DNA from: Candidatus Multivoradales bacterium
Lineage (GTDB): Bacteria; Acidobacteriota; Thermoanaerobaculia; Multivoradales; J023
Assembly: GCA_965248925.1 (NCBI GenBank)
Contig: CBDFLE010000006.1
Location: forward strand, 96,001-160,000
Length of the DNA stretch: 64,000 nt
Direction: 5' to 3'
The position numbers and the translations under genes are program-made. Shown here in pieces: positions 53,905 to 64,000 of this stretch (positions are counted from its first letter, which is position 1; every line of letters begins with the position of its first letter). The notes under the pieces were generated by a model. It was not told where the DNA came from and did no database searches. It saw only the letters and a list, made by a program, of their open reading frames with translations.

Positions 53905-54567
53905 TCACTGTTTGGTGCTGTGCAACAGCACCAAATTACCAGCGATATCCCCTGCTGCCGCGGTCAACGGCCGTGACTGCACCCGCTGGCGTTGGAAACC
54001 GTGCTTGGCAAATACCCGATCGAGGGACTTGCCATCGATCGCGAACAGGCCAGCTTCTTCGTCGGTGTAGCGGGCGCCGCGCAGCAAGAGACTGCCGCCG
54101 GGCACCAACACCCGCGCCAGCTCGCCAGCGTAGCGCTGTCGGGCCGGTCGCTCGAAGAGATGCAAGCAGCCGCGATCGTAGGCAAAATCCACCGATTGAT
54201 CGGCCAGGGGCAGAGCCAGCACGCTGGCCTCGATCCACTCCACCTCGACCGCTGCTTCAGCCGCCGCACGGCGGGCCAATACCAGCGCTTCGGCACTGCT
54301 GTCGACCCCTTGGACGCGGCAACCGTGAGCGGCCAAGTACACCGCTTCGGCACCCGCGCCGCAGCCCAGGTCGAGCACCCGGACGCCAGCACCCAAGATG
54401 CCCGCCGCGACCCGTTCGACCAGCTCCCGCGGTGGGCCGGGGCTCTGCCAATGCCGCAAATGGTCGCCGTCGCGGTAGGCCAGATTCCAGAACTCGGTAA
54501 CGCTCAGCTCTCCGCCTCGCTCTCGCCGCGGTCTGCTCGATCGAGGAAGCCGTGCTCCTCCATCCAC
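53905..54567 (-). CDS. Class I SAM-dependent methyltransferase (start uncertain)
   Basis: VLDLGCGAG, GVDSS, DRGCLH, LVPGG. Confidence 0.82.
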   Translation of the reverse strand: MDGGARLPRSSRPRRERGGELSVTEFWNLAYRDGDHLRHWQSPGPPRELVERVAAGILGAGVRVLDLGCGAGAEAVYLAAHGCRVQGVDSSAEALVLARRAAAEAAVEVEWIEASVLALPLADQSVDFAYDRGCLHLFERPARQRYAGELARVLVPGGSLLLRGARYTDEEAGLFAIDGKSLDRVFAKHGFQRQRVQSRPLTAAAGDIAGNLVLLHSTKQ

Positions 54568-55490
54568 TGGTCGTTGACGAACTTGGTTAGGTAGTTGCGG
54601 ATCGAATCGGGCAAGATGGTGAGCACTTTGCGCGCCTCGGGGTAGAGCTTCAAAGCCTCTAACATGCCCCAGACCGCGCTCCCCGAACTACCTCCCACCA
54701 GCAGACCTTCTTCGCGAATCAGCCGCCGAGCCATCAGAAAGCTGTCGCGATCGTTGCTGTAGATCCAGCGATCCACTAGACCGCGGTCCAGTACATCGGG
54801 GATAAAGTCGTAACCAATCCCCTCCACCTGGTAGCTCTTGACCTCGTCGCGCCCGCCCAACACCGAGCCTTCGGGATCGATGCCGACCACCACGATCTCC
54901 GGGTTCTGCTCCTTGAGGTAGCGAGCAATGCCGGTGATTGTTCCGCCAGTGCCGGCGGTCACCACCAGCAGATCGAGGTCGGCACCGAAGTCGCGCCAGA
55001 TCTCCGTCCCGGTGCCGTAGTAGTGGGCGTCGGGGTTATTGGAATTCTCGTATTGGTCTGGAATCAGCGAGTTCTCGATCTCGCCTTGGAGACGCTTGGC
55101 GACACCGATCAGGCTCTCCGGAGCGTCGTGGGCCGCTTCGGTGGGAGTGCGGATGATCTCGGCGCCGAGCGCCTCCATCACCACCTGCTTCTCCTGACTC
55201 ATCTTCTCCGGCATGGTGATGATCTGGCGGTAGCCTTTGACCGCCGCTGCCATCGACAAGCCGGTGCCGGTATTGCCGCTGGTGGGCTCGATCAAAGTCG
55301 TGCCTGCGCCGATTCGGCCACTGCGCTCAAGTTCCTCGATCATCCGCACCGCGATGCGGTCCTTGGTCGAGCCGCCGGGGTTGAGGAACTCACACTTGGC
55401 GTAGAGTTCGACCCCGGTTTCAGCGCCGACCCGGTTCAATCGCACCACCGGCGTGTCGCCGACGCACTGCAAAATGTTGTCGTAGATCAT
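54504..55490 (-). CDS. PLP-dependent cysteine synthase / cystathionine beta-synthase family
   Basis: KCEFLNPGGSTKDR, EPTSGNTG, GTGGT, EGIGYDF, GGSSG, PDSIRNY. Confidence 0.92.
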   Translation of the reverse strand: MIYDNILQCVGDTPVVRLNRVGAETGVELYAKCEFLNPGGSTKDRIAVRMIEELERSGRIGAGTTLIEPTSGNTGTGLSMAAAVKGYRQIITMPEKMSQEKQVVMEALGAEIIRTPTEAAHDAPESLIGVAKRLQGEIENSLIPDQYENSNNPDAHYYGTGTEIWRDFGADLDLLVVTAGTGGTITGIARYLKEQNPEIVVVGIDPEGSVLGGRDEVKSYQVEGIGYDFIPDVLDRGLVDRWIYSNDRDSFLMARRLIREEGLLVGGSSGSAVWGMLEALKLYPEARKVLTILPDSIRNYLTKFVNDQWMEEHGFLDRADRGESEAES

Positions 55491-55622
55491 ATTTACCTCT
55501 GCTCGCCCTGATCGGTAGCGGAAGCGCTCCGACCCACCGGCCGCCCGCGGGCGGTCTACGGCTCACCGACCAGCAATCTGCGGCCAAGTATAGGCAGCCA
55601 GCCAGGGTCTGCAAAGGTTGAA

Positions 55623-56018
55623 TTAGACGCCGGTGGCGATCGAGTAGGCCCAGTTGGCGGCCAGCACCAGGAGCGCTGCCCACGGCAGCCAACGCGGTAG
55701 CCGGCGCGGCAGGGCCGGTAGCGGCCGGCCGCGCAGAGCCAGCCAGCCGGCCACCAGGCCGGCGGTCAAAAAGGCTGTCCAAGCGGCGCTCTGCAGCGGA
55801 AAGTGAATAAAGGCTTCGAGTACATCGAAACGAGCCAGCGCCAGGGCGGCCCGGGTCGTACCGCAACTCGGGCAGGGCAGGCCGGTCCAGCTCTTCAGCA
55901 GGCAGGCCGGCGCCAAGCCAGCAAAGTGTGGCGCCAGCGGCGACAACGCCACCAGCGCCAACGCCAACCCACCCCACAGCAAGCCGAGCTGGCGCCCGGC
56001 CACCGGTTGCTCAACCAT
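55623..56018 (-). CDS. DUF2752-domain membrane protein
   Basis: C...TGLPCPSCGTTRA motif. Confidence 0.82.
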   Translation of the reverse strand: MVEQPVAGRQLGLLWGGLALALVALSPLAPHFAGLAPACLLKSWTGLPCPSCGTTRAALALARFDVLEAFIHFPLQSAAWTAFLTAGLVAGWLALRGRPLPALPRRLPRWLPWAALLVLAANWAYSIATGV

Positions 56019-56598
56019 TAGCCGCCGCGGCCATACCAGCGATGCCAAAACCGAAAGCCATCGCCACCAGCACCGCGCAGATACAACACAGCACGATGGG
56101 AATCAGCACCGCCAGGACCGCTTTGGCATGAGTGGTCTTGTGCACCGTCGCCAAACCGATGATGTAGAGCACCAAAGCCCAGATCATGCCGATGATGCCA
56201 CCGACGAAGGGGATAATCGCGGCCAAGCCGGCGGGAGCCGAGTAAGCCACCACTTTGAGCGAGCCCTCGAAACCGGCCTCTGATTGCTGCAAGCCACCCA
56301 ACAGATTGAGGACCAGATGATAGATGCCACTAGCGATAAACAGGACAAAGAGGTAGGCGAAGGGAAATACAACGAGAAACATCACCACGCCAACGATCCC
56401 GGCCCCGCCCATTCCCGCCAGATGTTCCAGCGGCAAGTCGTTGGCCAGTCCACTGAGCAAGGCCAACGAACCACCGAACATCAGGCTCCAGATCTGGTCC
56501 AAGAGACCGCCGACGAAGCCGACGATCAAGCCAAAGAGGATCGGACTGACCAGATCACCGTCCTGGCGCAAGCGGCTGAAAGCCGCCTGCGGCTGAGT

Positions 56599-59129
56599 CC
56601 AGAACTCCTGACATACCCTTTTTCTCAAATGTCCGGTTGAGCCTCTCCGGAGGTGTTCCGAGGCCCTGGGAAGGCCAGGCTCCGGGGTGGCGCCTTCTTG
56701 ATCGCGAACCGCATCCGTAGCTCGGTGCCGGGGAAGTGGGTGGCGGTAGCGTTGAGTTCTTCGCAGACGGCGGCGATCGCCGCCGTCTTGTGGGGAGAGC
56801 TGAGCGGGTCGATGGAAAGGAGCAGCACGGTGTCGGTAACCTCCATATCGCCGCCGGCCGCGAAAGCGCTTTGGATCAGGGTGCGTCCCTCCTGCTCGGT
56901 GCGGCGGTAGTGGGGTGATAGGAGCCGGAGAAGATCACCTTCGGCCTGGTAGGCGACCATCTTGAGAATATCGGTGAGGTGCTTGCGCTCGACGGACAGC
57001 TTGATGACATCCGCTTCGACGACCTCTTGGACGGGGACGCGGACGGGGAGGGTCGCGCGCTGGTTCTCGAGTTCGGTGATCTGCTCTATCGCTGCCCGGA
57101 CCCTGGCGGAGATGGCGGCGTTGGCGATCTTGAATCCGCGCATCGTGCGCCGCCGATCCTCGCGGTTTTCAAGAGCAGCGATCCCGATGTGGGCCCGGAG
57201 CTGCTCGAGATGTGCGTGAGCTTTGCGCAGCTCTGCATTGATCTTGCCGCGCTCGGGATTCGGCACATCGCGGGCGGCGTCCGCTGGCTCGGTGCCATAG
57301 TCCACCAGGGCATCGAGTGCGAATTCTTCGCGCAGGTATTTGGAGAAGTTCTCTTGCCTCCAACGATCGAACATGCGGTAGGCGACCTCGAGTGTGGAGA
57401 GGTCGCGGCGGGAGGTGATGATGGACGTCTGGTGGCCGTTGTCGCAGAGGCGGGTGACCTGGCGCAGGTACAGCCGCTTGCGCTTCTTCCTCGGGCCATA
57501 CTCGAGGTAGATACGCTGATCGGCGAGGAGGTACTCGAGCTTCCGACCGTGGATCGTGTCCTTGATCTGCCCGAACTTGCTCAACGGCACCGGACGAAAG
57601 GGGGCCTTTCGGTATGTGAGGATGTCGAACTTCTTGGCGATGAGCTTCGCAAACAGCTTCGGGCTCCAACCCCCACGGTCGAAGACGACGGTGACTCGCC
57701 GGTCTCCGAGTAGCTTTCGTACCTCTTCGAGAATGAGGGGAAGCATCGTCGCAAGCCCCTTGTTGGCCTCGGTGGGGACCACGAAGAGAGGCTCGCTCTC
57801 AGCATCGTTGACCCAGTAGTCGGTGGTGGCCGGCATCGCGATCCGCATCCGCGCTACGTGTGTCTTGGGAATCTCTCGGCCACCGTGGTAGGCGCGCACA
57901 TGCCCGTCCACGTAGAGGAAGCCCATGGCATGGCCCCTGGTGGCGACCCGGCGCTGAGCGAGGGCGCGACCGAGATCCGCGGCCAGGCCATGCGCGGCCA
58001 GCCGAGCGAGCTTGTTGCGCAAGGTTTTCACTTCCGGCGCTCGGTCGAGCCCGAGAAGCTGACCCAAATGCCGGGGTGAGCGCTCCTTGAGCCCTTCGGG
58101 TCGCTTGACCCGCAACAGTGCCATCAGCAGCAGGGTTACCAGAGTGGTGCGCAGCCCATAGAAGGCCGGCCCGATGCTGCCGTACAGCTCCTGCGCGATG
58201 GAGAGCACGCCGCTGTCCACCAGGGCGGGAATCGCCAGCAGAGCACCGGCGCCCGGTAGCTGGGTCGCCGCTCCGAAGATCGGCGCCGCATCATCGAGGA
58301 ATCCCAGCCTCGCCAGCAGCCGATCGCTGGCGCGATCCGCTGGATCGAGGTCCAGCGAGAGGGGAACCTGATCTTGCTCGGACGCAGAAGCGGACAGTTT
58401 TGGGTCCGCAGCCGCTGGGTCACCGCCACCCTCAGCGTCGAGCGCAAGATCCGCAGTTTTCAGGGGGCCGTCGACCTGCTGCTCATCAGAGGCGGACAGT
58501 TTTGGGTCCGCACTCTCGAAGGGCATCGTCATCTGCACTACCGACCGCTCTTTCCAGCCCAGGCGCTTGGCGAGCTTGCGAACGGCCTTCTCATCGATGC
58601 CCAGCCGCCGGCCAATCTCGCGATTCGACACACCCTCGGCCTTCCAGCCGTTGACCGCGTCCAGGCGGCCCTGCGCTACCCGAGACTGACCCCGGGGAAA
58701 ACCGCGCGGCCGGCCCAGAGCAGCCAGCCCACCTTCTTCGAAGCGGCGCTGATTCCGGCGCACAGTCCGCACATCACAAGCGAACGCAAGGGCCACCTCG
58801 CGTTGCTGTGCCCAGCCCAATTCAACGAGACTCACCATCGCGTGGGCCTCGCCTGTCCTGTCGCCGGCAGCGAAGTGAGCGAGCGGCATGCCGCTGACCA
58901 CCACCACCCGATAGCCGCCCCTCTGCTGGAGGCGGCAGCGGTCGTTGATCACCACAACCCCATCGGGGACCCCGGCGTGGTCTGGGAACAGGACGGTGTG
59001 CTCGCTCGTCAGTGCCATGCTCGATCATGCCTCGGCACCGAAAAAAGCGGACAGTTTTGGGTCCGCACCACCTCTGAGGGGCGGTCCTGTGTTTTCAGAG
59101 GGTTAGGAGGGGTAGGTCAGGAGGTCTGG
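56599..59129 (-). mobile_element. Unclassified IS, copy 2 (2531 bp, uninterrupted)
   Basis: Same 20-bp IRs as copy 1. 3-bp TSD AGT at 56596-56598 and 59130-59132. Confidence 0.95.
56625..59018 (-). CDS. 797-aa DDE transposase with two N-terminal HTH motifs
   Basis: HTHs QREVALAFACDVRTVRR and SNREIGRRLGIDEKAVRK. D (YVDGH), D (VFDRGG), E (RWRQENF). Fills the IR-bounded element. Confidence 0.88.
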   Translation of the reverse strand: MALTSEHTVLFPDHAGVPDGVVVINDRCRLQQRGGYRVVVVSGMPLAHFAAGDRTGEAHAMVSLVELGWAQQREVALAFACDVRTVRRNQRRFEEGGLAALGRPRGFPRGQSRVAQGRLDAVNGWKAEGVSNREIGRRLGIDEKAVRKLAKRLGWKERSVVQMTMPFESADPKLSASDEQQVDGPLKTADLALDAEGGGDPAAADPKLSASASEQDQVPLSLDLDPADRASDRLLARLGFLDDAAPIFGAATQLPGAGALLAIPALVDSGVLSIAQELYGSIGPAFYGLRTTLVTLLLMALLRVKRPEGLKERSPRHLGQLLGLDRAPEVKTLRNKLARLAAHGLAADLGRALAQRRVATRGHAMGFLYVDGHVRAYHGGREIPKTHVARMRIAMPATTDYWVNDAESEPLFVVPTEANKGLATMLPLILEEVRKLLGDRRVTVVFDRGGWSPKLFAKLIAKKFDILTYRKAPFRPVPLSKFGQIKDTIHGRKLEYLLADQRIYLEYGPRKKRKRLYLRQVTRLCDNGHQTSIITSRRDLSTLEVAYRMFDRWRQENFSKYLREEFALDALVDYGTEPADAARDVPNPERGKINAELRKAHAHLEQLRAHIGIAALENREDRRRTMRGFKIANAAISARVRAAIEQITELENQRATLPVRVPVQEVVEADVIKLSVERKHLTDILKMVAYQAEGDLLRLLSPHYRRTEQEGRTLIQSAFAAGGDMEVTDTVLLLSIDPLSSPHKTAAIAAVCEELNATATHFPGTELRMRFAIKKAPPRSLAFPGPRNTSGEAQPDI

Positions 59130-59480
59130 AGTCACCACCATCTTGACGGTCTCGATCAACGCCGGGAAGAATCCTCGCTGTTGCCGCTCCTCCCAGGGCA
59201 GCCGTGGGGTGGCAGCCGGCGGCGGCATCCCTGGCGGCATTGGCGGCGGCGGCTCTGAGGGTGGCGGGGTCAGCGGCGGCGGGGCGGGAATCTCGTCACT
59301 CATGAGGGCTCCTTGCGCGAGTTCGAACAGCACAAGGGAGAAGGTCCCCGGCAGCTCGTGGGTCAAAAATAGGAAACTTGGCCTGAAGATTATAGCCGTC
59401 CGCCACGAACTTCGAGCCGCGGCAGAGATGGCAACAACAAATACAATCTCTAACAACCGCCTCGATCACAAGCCGGCGGG

Positions 59481-59870
59481 TCACTGCACGGCGTAGGGCT
59501 CGCTGAGAGTGAAGGGGACAATCTCGACATCGAAGCCGGCCCCCTTCGAGTCCACCATCTGATAGCTGCCCTGCATCACCCCGACGGCGGTCGGCAACGG
59601 GCAACCCGAGGTGTACTCGAAGGACTCGCCGGCCGCCAAGATCGGCTGCTCACCGACCACCCCTGGCCCGCGAACTTGCTCTACCTCACCGTCACCATCG
59701 GTGATCACCCAATGGCGCGATAGCAGCTGAACGGTGTCGCTGCCGGTGTTGGTCAGCCGCACGGTGTAGAGGAAGAACCATTGCCCGGCTGGCGGATTGG
59801 AGCGGTCGGGATCGAATCGCGAAACCACTCGGACAACAATCCGGTGGGTGGTGGCGGTGGAACTAAACAT
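59481..59870 (-). CDS. apaG: ApaG protein
   Basis: VQLLSRHWVITD, VRGPGVVGEQP, FEYTSGCPL. Confidence 0.96.
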   Translation of the reverse strand: MFSSTATTHRIVVRVVSRFDPDRSNPPAGQWFFLYTVRLTNTGSDTVQLLSRHWVITDGDGEVEQVRGPGVVGEQPILAAGESFEYTSGCPLPTAVGVMQGSYQMVDSKGAGFDVEIVPFTLSEPYAVQ

Positions 59871-59927
59871 CGATCAGGGCTCTCGGCAGAAGCAAGCTCG
59901 CTCGCGGCGTAGATGGATTCTCGGCGA

Positions 59928-60419
59928 TCAGGACCGGCCGGTTTGCTCACGCAGCCGCTCTGGCACCGGCACTGGCACCAGACTGTCGATATCGCCACCG
60001 AGCAAATAGGCCTCTTTGACCAGCCGACTCGACAGGTACATGTACTCTTCCTTGGGGGTCAGGAAAACGGTCTCGACCCGGGCATCGAGATGGCGATTCA
60101 TCAGCGCCATCTGGAATTCGGCTTCGAAGTCGGACACCGCCCGCAAGCCGCGGACGCTGGTGCGGGCGCCGATCCGGCGCATGTAGTCGACCAGCAGGCC
60201 GGAGAAAGTTTCGACCCGGCAGTCGTCATAGTCCGCCAACACCTCGCGAATGATCTCAACCCGTTCCTCAAGACTAAACAGGGGATTCTTCTCGGTGTTG
60301 CGCAGCACCGCCACGACCACTTCGTCGAACAATGGCCGGCAACGCATGATGATGTCGAGGTGGCCGTTGTGCAGCGGATCAAAGGACCCTGGATAGACGG
60401 CAATGCGATGGGTTCTCAC
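59928..60419 (-). CDS. coaD: Pantetheine-phosphate adenylyltransferase
   Basis: YPGSFDPLHNGH, RGLRAVSDFE, SSRLVKE. Confidence 0.96.
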   Translation of the reverse strand: MRTHRIAVYPGSFDPLHNGHLDIIMRCRPLFDEVVVAVLRNTEKNPLFSLEERVEIIREVLADYDDCRVETFSGLLVDYMRRIGARTSVRGLRAVSDFEAEFQMALMNRHLDARVETVFLTPKEEYMYLSSRLVKEAYLLGGDIDSLVPVPVPERLREQTGRS

Positions 60420-62595
60420 GGCTTTTTCTTATCTCCCAAGTCCAACGTTAACACGTTGAACTGGGAGTCGGTCACCCGCAACAGCACGATCCGCACCCCC
60501 TCATCCACTTCGATACGGAAGGTCTCGCGCCGCCCGTCAAGCAGGCCGTCGACGGTTCTGGCCGGTTGCCAGGCACCGGCATCGAGACTGTAGGAGGCCT
60601 CGCGCAGAGGCGATAGAGCATCGCTCAACTCGACTTCGAGGGTGCCCTTGCCGTAGCGCGGAGCGGCGGCGGTGGGCGGCGTGTGATCGATCACCACCGG
60701 CGGGCTGGTGCGCTCGGCGAGTTGCGCCGCGGCCAGCGGATCGGCCGGCAGGTCGCTGGCGCTGAGCCGAAAGCGGTAGACCCCGTCGGGCAAGGCGGTG
60801 GCGTCGAAGCTGAACCAGATCTGCTCGAGGTCTTCGACCACCGGCAGCCAGGCACCGCCGCTCCCCTCGGGGCGGAAACTGAGGCGATAGCGCAGCTCGT
60901 CCTCGTTGCCGTCTTCGGCCTCCCAACGCAAGGTCCGGTAGCCCCGCTTCCACAACTGTTTGGTGCGACCGCTATCGTCTGTAGAAGCTACCCTCAAGGT
61001 GTCGAAAATACCCTCGCGGTTGGCGCTCCAGGGTTCGTAGGCTTGGTTTTGTGGATTGAAGTTGGTCGGCACCAGGATCTGCCCGGCGGCAGTACTTCGA
61101 AACTGGAGATCCGTGGCGGCAGGTTGTTCTGCAAGTAGGTCAGCTCGGCGGCATGCATCACCGGACTGTGACGGCCATCGCCCCGCAATTCGGCGCGCCA
61201 CTGCACGAAGCGCCCCGGCGGCACGTCGGCGAGCCCCAGCTCACTGCCGCGGGCCGACTCGCTCCAGCCACTCCAGGTGGCGTCGGGCTGTTCGCTGATG
61301 CCGCTGCGGAACGACAGCTCGACAGCCCCGCCGGACGGCGTCGAGCCACGCCAGAAAAAGGTACCGAAGCGGGCTATCTGGTCGGCATCGAGCACTGTGC
61401 TGGTGTAGGTGCCGCGGCGTTGGCGGCCAGCCCCCAGCAGCTCTACCGACGCGCTATCGGTGCTCAGCACCGCTACCGCATCACCGTCGGCGAGGAGCAC
61501 TACGATCTGGCTCGCCGGCAGGTCTTTCTCCAGCGCCAGTTCCTCACCGGCCCAGCGGTAAAGGCGGCCGTCCTGGCCGGTGCCAATCCACAGCTCGTCG
61601 GCGGCGACAGCCAGGGCATGGATAGTCTGATCGGCGAAACTGGCGAGAAAACGACTGCGGCCATCGGCACTCAGGTGCAGCAGCCGACTGCGTGGTCCCG
61701 CCGCCCCCGCGGCCCGCGAGCCGGTGGTCTCTTTCTGGCTCTCGCTGACCGTTACCCCCTCGTCGTCCTCATCGTCGTCCTCGCCGTTCGACAAGTCAAC
61801 CAGGCTGGCCTCCGAGGCGACCAGCGCTGCCCACACCCCACCCTCTCTATCCGGCACCAGGGCCAGGACTTCGGGCTCGGCGGCGTCGTAGAGGGTACTG
61901 AGCCGGCCGTTGGCAAAACGCAGTAGGCGCCCTTGCCCGGCGGTGCCGGCCAGCACCGTGCCGTCGGCCAAGACCGCTAACGAGCGCAAATGCAGATCGC
62001 CACTATCGAAAAGCAATTCGGCTTTGCCCTGATCGCTGACCTCCCACAGCCGACCCCGCGCACCGGTGGCGACCAGCAGCCCTCCACCGGGACGCCGCTG
62101 GAGGGCCCAGACATAGAGTTCTTCGGGATCAAAGTGGACCACCGGCTCGCCCCCTCCTGGCGGCTGCCGGTAGACCTTGCCGGCGGGCGAGCTGGCGGCA
62201 AAAACAGTGCCGTCGGCGTCGGCCCAGACCGCGAAAACCTGCGGTTCGGGAGTGCTGAAAAACTCTTCCTGACTGCCGTCTCGGCGCACCAGCAAGACCT
62301 TGCCCGACGAGCCGGTACCCACCACCCAACCTGCTGGGTGGACGGCGGCCGAGAACACGTAAGGTTCGTCGATGGCGGCAATGGTGTTCAGCGGCCGGGC
62401 CAGCTCGAGAGCGCCGAACTCGCCGAGACGAACTCCCTTGAGGGTGCCTTCGCTGAAGCTCTCGCGATCGTCGATCTTGAAAACGGTGACTTCGGCAGCG
62501 GCGCTCAGCACGCAGCCGAAAGCCAGCAGGCAGACCCCTAGCTGGCTGATCCGGCGCGCCGATGACAGCTGCTTGCGCGGCGACTGGTTACTCAC
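60416..62595 (-). pseudogene. Large secreted beta-propeller/Ig-like protein with a single frameshift at ~61083
   Basis: GTG 62595 after GAGGAG. ORF 60994-62640 (...FEVLPPG) continues in another frame as QILVPTNFNP...LPDGVYRFRLSASD...IDHTPP. Could be a sequencing indel. Confidence 0.65.
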
Positions 62596-62618
62596 GAAAT
62601 CTCCTCGCTGCATGTTGT

Positions 62619-64000
62619 TCATGGACGCCGCTCCACCCACAGGTCGATGCGTACAGCGCCGGAAATTGGTGCCTCTAGCGTTTCCACGCTCTGCTGATCG
62701 ATAGCCAGATAGAGAGACTTGGCCGAGCGACCAGCGCTGCCGGCCAATAGGCGATGGACCGATCCCGGCAACCGCGGCAGGCTGTCACCCGCGAGCGCCA
62801 ACCCGGGCGCCCGTACCAAGCCATAGACCACCAGCTGACGCCGCGAATGAAAACGGCGCAGCTGCTCAAGGTGGTCCTCGAAGCTGCGCGGCGCCCGGCC
62901 TTCGATCTCCAGCCGCGCGGTGTCCATCGAAGAACCGTCGCCGAGCAGAAAATAGTAGCGCCCGTCCGCCGCTTCGTCCGGCACTTGCAACTCCAGGCGA
63001 CGCCTTTCGAGTTCGCCCTGATGAGGGCGCAGCTCCAGGGTCACTTGTAGGCGCTCACCGGGCTCTAACCGACGGCGGTCGGCCCAGGCCGCGACCAACT
63101 CCAAGGTGCGCGGCGCAGCGATCTGCTGCAATCGTACTTCGACCGCCTCCACTTCTACCTTGGCCAGAGGATTGCGGAATAGAAAGTTGGCAAAGGCCAG
63201 CAAGTAGGTCACCGCATCGCTGGCCGCGGTCTCACCGTCGAAGCTCTGCCGCAAATGCAAATCGCCATAGCGGCCCAAGGCGAAGCTGGCCTCCAAGTCG
63301 ATACCTTGCGGACCGCCACTGTAGGTGCTGGCGGTCAACGCTCCAAGGCTGCTAATGGCCAGCAAAGCAGGACTCAACAACGGCAGCTGAGCGACTTCCA
63401 TCTGGTAGCTGCGCTCCCCCTCGACCGAGGCCACGGTCACCCGCAGCGGAAACGTCGGCGCCTGCAACCCCAGGCGACCCCGCACGCCAGCCTCTCGATC
63501 TTGATCGAAGGCACCCACAACCTCGCCGGCCACCGATAGCTTGAACGAGTTGTAGCGACTGGCGATGGTGGTAATCACCTCGGAGGCGGCCAGCGGCAGC
63601 AAACCGGGGCTAGCGAAAACAGGATGGCCAAAGGCGGTGATCTCGTCCCCACGCCGCTCGGTGAGGGTGCCATGAGCGGCCAGACTGAGATCGCCCGCCA
63701 CCAGCACCATGGCGATGGCGCTGCCGCCCACCAGTTCAGCGGTCGCCGGCCGGATACTCGCACCGCCGTTGGCTGCGGGCAGGCTTAGTGTTGGACTGGC
63801 GCTGGTCAGGGGCGCCAAGGCACCGACCGTCTCAGCTAGTAAGCGATGGGCAGGGGCGCCAAAACCGCTGGCGCTCCACTGCAACGCCGCCGCGGCACCA
63901 TCGCTCAACCGCGGCCGCAAGACCGCCAGGGCTTCGCTGAGCACCGCCCGGCTGTCGTGGGTCACCTCGCCCCCACCACCGGCTGTCAGCAAATCCATCA
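62619..64000 (-). CDS. SpoIVB/peptidase S55 domain-containing protein (C-terminal part; start outside window)
   Basis: GSAIAMVLVAGD...GTLT...AFGHP...SFKLS...DQDREAGV, typical of this family's second half. Confidence 0.78.
   Translation of the reverse strand, partial: MDLLTAGGGGEVTHDSRAVLSEALAVLRPRLSDGAAAALQWSASGFGAPAHRLLAETVGALAPLTSASPTLSLPAANGGASIRPATAELVGGSAIAMVLVAGDLSLAAHGTLTERRGDEITAFGHPVFASPGLLPLAASEVITTIASRYNSFKLSVAGEVVGAFDQDREAGVRGRLGLQAPTFPLRVTVASVEGERSYQMEVAQLPLLSPALLAISSLGALTASTYSGGPQGIDLEASFALGRYGDLHLRQSFDGETAASDAVTYLLAFANFLFRNPLAKVEVEAVEVRLQQIAAPRTLELVAAWADRRRLEPGERLQVTLELRPHQGELERRRLELQVPDEAADGRYYFLLGDGSSMDTARLEIEGRAPRSFEDHLEQLRRFHSRRQLVVYGLVRAPGLALAGDSLPRLPGSVHRLLAGSAGRSAKSLYLAIDQQSVETLEAPISGAVRIDLWVERRP

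Larger units (their letters stand above)
56011..59303 (-). pseudogene. YIP1-family membrane protein disrupted by IS copy 2
   Basis: 5' part 59130-59303 (MSDEIPAPP...PWEER...KMVVT) joins in frame to 3' part 56011-56595 (QPQAAFSRL...VVAYS...IIPFVGG) after removing the IS and one AGT. Confidence 0.88.

Overview
GC-rich bacterial chromosome segment. Two ADOP-type duplicated orphan permeases and the S55 peptidase/large secreted protein/coaD block suggest Acidobacteriota (inference). Housekeeping genes: sppA, thyA-folA, fumC, coaD, apaG, a cysteine synthase/CBS-family enzyme, an NSS symporter, two S9 peptidases and a nucleotide-sugar cluster. Mobile DNA: two near-identical 2531-bp copies of an unusual IS (797-aa double-HTH DDE transposase, 20-bp IRs, 3-bp TSDs, one 20-bp palindrome present three times inside). 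One copy is interrupted by a complete IS21-family element; the other splits a YIP1-family gene. There are also HUH/RAYT-like and IS1-family remnants. The best candidate for a new system is a translationally coupled three-gene cassette (36.8-38.4 kb) between the IS1 remnant and radC: a COMM-domain-like protein, a 'WDG'-motif protein and a small ADP-ribosyltransferase-like protein. Other oddities: a 16-aa sORF with its own promoter facing a membrane TPR gene, a GT2-luciferase-like monooxygenase fusion between two permeases, an ACT-DEAD-box helicase fusion, a decayed MoxR operon and an orphan BlaI with intact operators. No rRNA, tRNA or CRISPR array was seen. All family assignments come from motif recognition by eye, not database searches.
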